32,000 bases of DNA from Mycolicibacterium smegmatis (GTDB taxonomy: Bacteria; Actinomycetota; Actinomycetes; Mycobacteriales; Mycobacteriaceae): NCBI RefSeq assembly GCF_001457595.1, contig NZ_LN831039.1, positions 2,010,001 to 2,042,000 of the forward strand, read 5' to 3'. The position numbers were made by a program, and so were the translations under genes. The first letter of the stretch is position 1. Each line of letters opens with the position of its first letter. This document shows, piece after piece, positions 1-6,441 of the stretch. The notes beneath the pieces are model-generated. The model saw only the letters and a program-made list of their open reading frames with translations. It made no database searches and was not told where the DNA came from.

Positions 1-629
1 GAGATACCGGGGCGGTTTCGCGTCGTGTAGGTCAGCACCCATCCGGCCCGTCCGGCTGCCGACGAAGTCACAATGTCCGGCTGTCCCGCGTTGGCACCGT
101 CCTTCAGGTGGAGGTACAGCTCTCGTCCACGAAGGTGAGTTATTGCTGATCCGTACCAACCGTCTGATGTCATTTCTGCAGCATCCGAGATCACTCTCTC
201 GAGGTCGTCGGCTACCACCAGTGGATTGGGGGTTCGGTCTGCCTCGGGTGTGGAAAGGTCGGCCAGGATGACAGGGAATTGGACGCGCGGGATCGCAACA
301 GTTTCGTTTCTCATGTTCGCGACGACGAGCCAGTCTGGGCGTACGGTTTCGTAGGCCGCCTTCAGGATGTTCGACCATTGCGAGGCGACGAAACGATCGG
401 GAAGATCGGGATGGCGTCTCGATGTGTAAACGACCATCGCCGAACTGTCATCGTCCAGTTTGCGCAACCGCGTGGACAGGACACGGTTGCCGTCGATCTC
501 CCGCTCGGTGGCGACGTAGTACAGCGTCACACCATCGAGTGCTCGAAACAACTCCAATCGAGCACGACCGTCGCCGGTGTCCTGGGCGGCCGAGGAGAAT
601 ATTCGCGCGCGCTGGTCTTTATCGATCAC
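1..629 (-). CDS. Partial CDS (at least 209 aa, runs off window start); putative cognate immunity protein with possible SseB-like two-repeat architecture
   Basis: Hand translation of the minus strand from GTG 629..627 is open to position 1: VIDKDQRARIFSSAAQDTGDGRARLELFRALDGVTLYYVATEREIDGNRVLSTRLRKLDDDSSAMVVYTSRRHPDLPDRF...GRELYLHLKDGANAGQPDIVTSSAAGRAGWVLTYTTRNRPGI. A GAGGA lies about 8 nt upstream. It is missing from the ORF track because no stop falls inside the window. It lies 75 nt downstream of the toxin stop on the same strand. The SseB-like call is pattern recollection only. Confidence 0.6.
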   Translation of the reverse strand, partial: MIDKDQRARIFSSAAQDTGDGRARLELFRALDGVTLYYVATEREIDGNRVLSTRLRKLDDDSSAMVVYTSRRHPDLPDRFVASQWSNILKAAYETVRPDWLVVANMRNETVAIPRVQFPVILADLSTPEADRTPNPLVVADDLERVISDAAEMTSDGWYGSAITHLRGRELYLHLKDGANAGQPDIVTSSAAGRAGWVLTYTTRNRPGI

Positions 630-703
630 TGTGAGGTCCTCGGAGTCGGTTGTCGATCGGTAGTCCGGAGAACAAAGGCGACAGGTAGGTGTTCGGGCAT
701 GGC

Positions 704-3700
704 TTACCAGTCATCATCGCCGAGGTTTTCAGGTTCAGGCCAGGGATACTTCTCAATGAAATCGTAGGTGTCCTGGTGGTAGATCCCGTGGACGTCGAAA
801 ACTCTGTGGTTCCAGGAACCGAGGCACGCCACGAAGTCAACCGCTCCCATGTTCGGCTGTAGAAGGTCACTGAGTGTTGTCGCTCGATCAACCGTGTGCG
901 GAGTACCTACAATGTTCATGTCGTCGGGCGGCAAAAGTGTGTAGTTGGGCATCGTTTCGCCTGGGTAGTACGTCTTCTTGAAGACGCGGGAGGTGTCCCC
1001 ACCCGACTCGATGAGATTCCCCAGCGACTGCGTGATCGGAGAACCATGTTCGCCGTACACCGTCACGGATGTGTCTGCGGGGACGGTGAACGTTCCATCG
1101 CCGCTGTGGTAATCACCATGCCCGCTTATCTTGTAGCGGCCGTCTGGCCCGACGGCGTTCTCGCGCGGACCGTCGTCGTCGCTGTAGCCACGATCATCGC
1201 CCCGCTGTTGATCGGTGTCGTCCCGCCAGCTATGGCTTGGCTCTGCGCGCACATCCGCGTCAGGCTTGTTCGATGCTCGATCGATTGAATCCTGATCTGT
1301 ATCCCGAAGAGTACGACTATCTGTCTCCGAAGTGAGTCCGTCGTGTCTTGCGGTTGGTTCCATCTGGCCATTCGGCGCAGGACCATCGGCAGATGTCGTT
1401 CTGTGGAACAACTCGGTTGCCCTGCCCGTGTCCGGGTCGATCTGGACAATTCGAGTGACATTCGGGTTATCCATCAGACGTGGAATCTCGACCGTCTGCC
1501 AGATGTTGCCTGGCCGAAGGTCGCTGCCCACGATCGCCGTAACGTCGCCGCGAGCATTCTCAGCATATGCCGCCGAAGCGTCTTCCCAGAACCTGACTGA
1601 TTCGGGATCGTGACGGTTCCATGCGGGCAACGGATGCACGCCGTTGCGCTCAAGCGTCATCTCGAGCGTTGTCCCGTTCGAGCCCTCCGCAATTCGCTCG
1701 GCAATTCCAGAGCCGTCCGGTCCTACGCCGACCCCGTTCGCGTCGCGTCCTGACCAATAGTGAGCCGAATCAGGTTCTGTTCTTGTCAGACGAAGGAGTT
1801 CGTCATAAGACGGCAGGCTGCCCGGAACGTAGTGGCCATTCTCATCGAGCATCGGGTTGTAGTCGAGATCTGACTTTGCAGGATCCGTGAATGCGTCGCC
1901 GTCGTGCACAGGCGGCTCCAGCCCACTGGAGTCGTGCGGTGGTTCGGGTTTCGGGGGTGGGGAGTTGTGGTGAGAATCGGACGGCGGCACAGACGAACCC
2001 GGCGCAGTGCCATGTTCCTTCGGTGCCGTTTGTTCAGACGTGCTCGAGGCTGGGCTGGTAGACGCCGATTGTCTCGATTGGTCCGCAGATGAATGGACCG
2101 GCGCCGACGGCGTGCTCCCTGGTGTCGGTCCGACCGCGCTGGGTTGTTGTGCCCTGGGAGTTTCCGGCGATCCCGTGTGCGAAGGTCGTGTCTCTGGACC
2201 GCGCGTGGACGTGTCGGGCGTCGGTAATTTGGCAGCGGGGGAAGGGCTTTCGCCGCCACCGTGCACCGGTCCCGGAGCGTGGGGCGTCATGGGCGAACCC
2301 GGTCCGCTCCCCACGCCAGGCGACATCATGGGCCCCATCGCGGGTTGTGGGCCGTTGACGGCCGAAGAATAAGCCGGCTCCCGAGATTCGTTGGTTTCTG
2401 CCGAGTTTCGGTCGTGGGTGACCGGTTGTTCGGCGGCAGCATTATGAGCGGGTTGCTGTTCAGCAGGCCGATGTGCTTGCTCGTCCGCCCAGTTGCGCGA
2501 CTCGTCGGTTACCGGTCGGTGGTGCTCGGCCGAGCCGATGTTGCTGTCCGACGAGATCGCGGAGTGCTCACCACCCACTGACCCGCCAATGTGTTGCGTC
2601 GGTGAGTGTGTGGATGCAGGCGCATCCGATGTCGAGGGTTGGTGAGTCGGTGTCGAGTTGGACTCTGCCGACGTATGGGGAGCGTCGTTTTGTGCTGCGG
2701 GCGTGGCGGGTTCGGGCGCATGCTGCGGCGTGTGATCGACGCTGGGCGGCGTGTGGCTGGGCTCTGGGTTGCCGCGAATCCCGGGCTCGCCGACCGAAGA
2801 GGACCCCGGATGGCTCGGCTCGGGCGTGCTCGGCGTATGCGGTGGCGGGGCGTCGCCGCGTGTCGGACCTGGATCGGCCGGGCCGACCGGGCGGTGTGGA
2901 GATTCAGGTGGGGGACCGTCGCCGCCACCGGGCGGGCGGGTGCCACCGGGATTGTGTGTCGTCGGCCCGGGCGGCTCGGGAGGCCGTACCGGGGCTTCGG
3001 GACCGCCCGGATTGGACGGGGCATCAAGACGATTGGAGGGCGCCGGGTTGATGACGGAGTCCGGGATGCCGTCCTGCCGGATCTCCGGTACTTCGGGGAC
3101 GCGGGACCCCGTGACCGACAGGTCGTTCCCGTCCAAGCCGTGACGCCCTGGGAGATCGAGGGGCGGAGAGTCCGCGTGGTCGAACGCCCTGCGGACTTTG
3201 TTGACACCCTTTGCCACGGTGCCACCCTTGGACAACGGCCCGCCTACGAACAGGCCGGCGATGTTGAAGCCCGCTTCGCCGATGCCGCGTCCCGGATTCT
3301 CCCCGGTCAACTGGTCCCAGGCGAAGAACTCTTTGCCGGCTGCGATGCCGATGTCGTCGATCAACGACGGATCCTTGATGACGGCCAGGGCCGTCTCGCC
3401 CAGGCCCTTCCAGGTGTCGAAGTCGGCGAAAGCCACTGTCCCGGCCACCGTGTTGATCACGCCGTTGAGTACGCCGGTCGACAGATCGGTCTGGAATTTG
3501 ATGATGTCCGAGATCGCGCCCCCGACTTGATCGCCGAGGATTTCCCGCAGGTTCTTGTCAGCCCATTTCTGGAACTTGGTGACGGTGTCGTTGAGCGCGT
3601 TCTTGAGCTCTTCCAGCAATGCGCCGACGGCTTTCACCTGACGCTGAAAGTTCCCCAGAAGGGTTCGAATGTCCTCGACGACCTCTTTGATGATGTCGAG

Positions 3701-4501
3701 CGCGTCCCCGGTGAATATGCCTTTGACCGTGTCGATGATCCCGTCGATGGACGCTACGCGGTCAAGTAACCGCCGTATCGCGTCCTGCGTTTCCTGCACG
3801 TTGTCGGCGAACGTATTCAGTGTCTCGGCGAGGTTCGTGGCCTGGTTGGCCAGGTCCGCAACGCCGTCGGCCAGATCGGCGTGTGCCTGGGCGATCTGCG
3901 AAGCTTCGGGGATCTTCTGCGTCGATACGGCTGTGCTGGACCCGCTGACCTGGTTCGAGACGGCCGAGAACCCGGTCGCCAAGTTCTCCCACTGCGCCGC
4001 GGTCAGACGCAACATCGCAGGATTGCCCGACGGCCAGGCGGTAGGTCCGAGAAAGCTCCCCACGAGGTACCACGCCGGCGGCGGCGGAACGACGCTGAGG
4101 CTCGGGCTGTCCCTCGCGTCAACGGGTTTGGTTTCGTCGAACTTGCCCTTCACGCCTCCTGTCGGGGCGCCGCCGCCTATGGTCGAAACGGCGTCGGCAT
4201 TGGCGTAGTTGTGCCCACTCGCCTGGAGTCTGAGGCCGACGGTTTTGAAAGTGTTTGCGCCGTTGGCCAAAGTGTTGGAGAACTTCTGCGTGAGATCTCC
4301 GTAGTCCAGTGCCATCGCGAGGCCGGCAAGGTCGATGCCCGAGGCGATACCGCTCGACAACATGGGGCCGAGCGCTCCCATGAGCATGTCCAACTGATTG
4401 CCCAGCGAGAGCATGCTCTCCCCGGCGCGGATCAGTACCTGGGGGTCGACTTCAATGCGTATTCCGCTGACGCCACCGCCGCCACCGCTGTTGGATGGCA
4501 C
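704..4501 (-). CDS. 1265-aa ESX/type VII secreted polymorphic toxin, CpnT-like N-terminal domain, Pro-rich linker, ADP-ribosyl cyclase-like domain plus extra C-terminal domain
   Basis: Single long ORF with a GTG start at 4501 that overlaps the upstream stop (TAGTG). N-terminal helical region carries HNYANAD (YxxxD, residues 99-103), [17 protein letters not shown] and GGPLSKGG. These resemble my recollection of the CpnT N-terminal domain (SAHNYSLAEA, WPNGDSTKLRAAA, GGPLSK). See domain features below. Confidence 0.85.
   Translation of the reverse strand: [1265 protein letters not shown]
707..1150 (-). other. Extra C-terminal domain (residues 1118-1265) of unknown function with a His...Cys pair
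   Basis: [10 protein letters not shown] (His codon 1118..1120) and [10 protein letters not shown] (Cys codon 824..826). This is the only Cys in the 1265-aa protein. The beta-strand-like context resembles clan CD (caspase/C80 CPD) GHG and xAC motifs. Weak call. Confidence 0.3.
1400..1885 (-). other. ADP-ribosyl cyclase / CD38-like (Tox-ARC type) domain, residues about 873-1034
   Basis: Ordered motifs [36 protein letters not shown] and WQTVEIPRL...NVTRIV. They match recalled Aplysia cyclase motifs MFWSG, ITLEDTL, SFWGMASSSYAHSAEGEVTYMVDGS and FGKYELPNL...KVTRV. The putative catalytic Glu codon is at 1487..1489. Confidence 0.65.
1886..3169 (-). other. Low-complexity Pro/Ser/Thr/His/Gly-rich linker (about residues 445-872)
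   Basis: Translation shows about 430 aa without hydrophobic core segments, for example [34 protein letters not shown] and the recurring PEPSH. Confidence 0.7.
3182..4501 (-). other. Toxin N-terminal helical secretion/translocation domain (residues 1 to about 440)
   Basis: Ala/Leu/Gly-rich helical sequence. YxxxD motif at nt 4193..4207 and W-P-S-G at residues 156-159. Long predicted helices follow ([24 protein letters not shown]..., [19 protein letters not shown]). Confidence 0.6.
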
Positions 4502-4809
4502 TAGTCATCCCACATCTCGGAGTTTTTGGTAACGGCGTCACTGTAATTCGAGCGTGCAGTCTGGGCGATCTTCTGCAATTGAGACAACGCTTCACGCATC
4601 TGCTCAGCGCCTTCTCGCCACAGTGCCTGCGCCTGCGCTTGTGCGTCGGAGGCCTCGCCATGCCACGACTGCCGCAACGAGGCCATGGTCCGGTCGATGT
4701 CCTCCAGACAACTGGTGACCTCGCGTTCGTAACTTGCCATGTGCGCGATGGCATCTTGCATCTGGCCGAAATCGACCACCAGAGGGGCCCCGCCACCGCT
4801 ACTGGGCAT
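4501..4809 (-). CDS. WXG100 family (ESAT-6-like) protein, 102 aa
   Basis: About 100 aa, helical, with a central W-H-G (SWHGEAS, nt 4657..4665). GGAAGG lies upstream of ATG 4809. The start overlaps the upstream gene by 11 nt and the stop overlaps the toxin start. Confidence 0.85.
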   Translation of the reverse strand: MPSSGGGAPLVVDFGQMQDAIAHMASYEREVTSCLEDIDRTMASLRQSWHGEASDAQAQAQALWREGAEQMREALSQLQKIAQTARSNYSDAVTKNSEMWDD

Positions 4810-5668
4810 CGTTCAACCTTCCGAAGCGCATCGAATTACCCGTCGTCGGTGGTGACGGTGACGGAGGCGCCATCTCCCCAGGAGCCGACACGCTCGACGA
4901 GTCGGTGCCGGCGCCTCCGCCTGCACCGTTGGCCTCCAGCGTCTCAGCTTCCTGCTCGTCGCTCTGCCTCTCGGTTTCGTCGCGTTCGTCGGTGTGTTCG
5001 TCCTCGGTATCCGGTGTTGCCTCGTCGACAGGAACGAGAGGGTCAGCAGCGGTCGTCGAGCCCGTCTCGACCGGTGTGGCGCCTGCACCCGACTCTGATT
5101 GCGCGGCCTGCACAATCCCGGTCACGCCCTGTGTGATCGCGGTTGCGGCCTGGGTGAGGCCACCCGTCAGCTGCCCTGCCGCCTGAGCAGCGCCCTCGGC
5201 AAGCTGGCCGCCGAGCTGAGCTGCGGGCTCGCCGAGGCCCATCATCGCCGCGAGATCCTCGGTGCCGCCGTCCATCTGGGCCGACGAGGCCTGTTGAGCA
5301 GACGTAGCAGCGGCAGGGGATGCCGATGACGCCCCGGCTGATCCCGCAGGGGACCCGCCGCCGGGCTGAAACGAGGAGCCCACTGCACCGGCCGCCTGCT
5401 GATCGGTTGCGCTGTAGCTGTCGGCCGAGGCTTTCAGTGACTCCGACATCGCCTGCAGACCCCGGATGACCTGTCCGGCGCCGTTGTGCCACTTGTCCCA
5501 CTGTTCCGAGTACGCGGACGCGGCGCCGCCCTTCCAGCCCGACCCGAGCAGCTGATCCACCGAGAGATCGACGGCAGACAATCCGTCCTGCAGGCGTTGT
5601 CCGGCGTCAGCGAGCGCGGCCGAGGCCGACCGAAGTTCGGACGTGACCACTTCCAGCGACTGCCCCAC
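4799..5668 (-). CDS. WXG100-domain protein with long low-complexity and acidic C-terminal extension, 289 aa
   Basis: N-terminal 95 aa carry W-K-G (GSGWKGGAASAY, nt 5528..5536) and YSATD (YxxxD, nt 5402..5416). GTG start follows GAGGGGGG. The rest is Ala/Gly/Gln/Ser-rich, then acidic (DEATPDTEDEHTDERDETERQSDEQEAE). Confidence 0.8.
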   Translation of the reverse strand: MGQSLEVVTSELRSASAALADAGQRLQDGLSAVDLSVDQLLGSGWKGGAASAYSEQWDKWHNGAGQVIRGLQAMSESLKASADSYSATDQQAAGAVGSSFQPGGGSPAGSAGASSASPAAATSAQQASSAQMDGGTEDLAAMMGLGEPAAQLGGQLAEGAAQAAGQLTGGLTQAATAITQGVTGIVQAAQSESGAGATPVETGSTTAADPLVPVDEATPDTEDEHTDERDETERQSDEQEAETLEANGAGGGAGTDSSSVSAPGEMAPPSPSPPTTGNSMRFGRLNDAQ

Positions 5669-5757
5669 AGTGTTACCCCCCTCGACCGGCAGCCGACAAT
5701 CGGACCTGAGTTTATCGGCGCTCGCTGGGCCGCGATCGCACCAATTACGCTGCCCGT

Positions 5758-6390
5758 GTGCTCATCGCGATAGAGGGCGTCGACGGCGCCGGCAAACGCA
5801 CGTTGACCAACGGCCTGCGGGCGGCGTTCGAGACCAACCACAAGTCGGTGGCCAGCCTCGCGTTCCCGCGGTACCACCAGTCGGTGCCCGCGGACCTCGC
5901 GGCCGAGGCGCTACGGGGCAGCCACGGCGACCTCGCCGAGTCCGTGTACGCGATGGCGACGCTGTTCGCGTTGGACCGGGCCGGCGCGCGGGAGCAGATC
6001 GAGCACCTGCAGGCCGCCTACGACGTCGTCATCCTCGACCGGTACGTGGCGTCGAACGCGGCCTACAGCGCGGCGCGTCTGCACCAGGGCGTCGACGGCG
6101 AGGTGGTGACGTGGGTGCACGAGCTAGAGTTCGGGCGCCTGCACCTGCCCGTGCCGGACTGGCAGGTGTTGCTGAACGTGCCGACCGAACTGGCCGCGCA
6201 GCGCGCCGAGCACCGCGCCAACACCGAGGCCGACCGCGCCAAGGACGCCTACGAGCGCGACGACGGTCTGCAGCGGCGCACGGGTGAGGTGTACGCGGCA
6301 CTGGCGGCCGCCGACTGGGGCGGCCGATGGGCGATCGCCGGGCCCGACGTGGACGCGACGGCCCTGGCCGACCGGTTAAGCAGCGGTTAA
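5758..6390 (+). CDS. tmk: dTMP (thymidylate) kinase
   Basis: MLIAIEGVDGAGKRT P-loop, mycobacterial Tmk length (210 aa), position immediately upstream of mtrA as in M. tuberculosis. Confidence 0.93.
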   Translation: MLIAIEGVDGAGKRTLTNGLRAAFETNHKSVASLAFPRYHQSVPADLAAEALRGSHGDLAESVYAMATLFALDRAGAREQIEHLQAAYDVVILDRYVASNAAYSAARLHQGVDGEVVTWVHELEFGRLHLPVPDWQVLLNVPTELAAQRAEHRANTEADRAKDAYERDDGLQRRTGEVYAALAAADWGGRWAIAGPDVDATALADRLSSG

Positions 6391-6441
6391 AGCGAAACGC
6401 CCGCGTGTGGTAGCCGAGTTTTGTGGCGATCTGGTGACACC

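Noticed and set aside
279-767. 162-aa plus-strand ORF offered by the ORF track in the region downstream of the toxin
   Set aside because: It would converge into and overlap the toxin 3' end. It has a poor start context and an odd composition. The opposite strand carries a longer open frame with an RBS in operon orientation, which I prefer as the immunity candidate.
704-1900. Expected a TNT (tuberculosis necrotizing toxin) domain at the C-terminus, by analogy with CpnT
   Set aside because: The C-terminal 400 aa do not resemble what I recall of TNT. The ordered motifs instead fit the ADP-ribosyl cyclase family, followed by an unrelated 148-aa module.
1786-4504. Numerous 60-390-aa ORFs on both strands inside the toxin gene (for example 2606..3769 +, 2509..3225 -, 3881..4504 +)
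   Set aside because: They are nested in or antisense to the single 1265-aa frame, concentrated in the Pro-rich (CCN/GGN) linker where all frames stay open. None has independent start signals or motifs.
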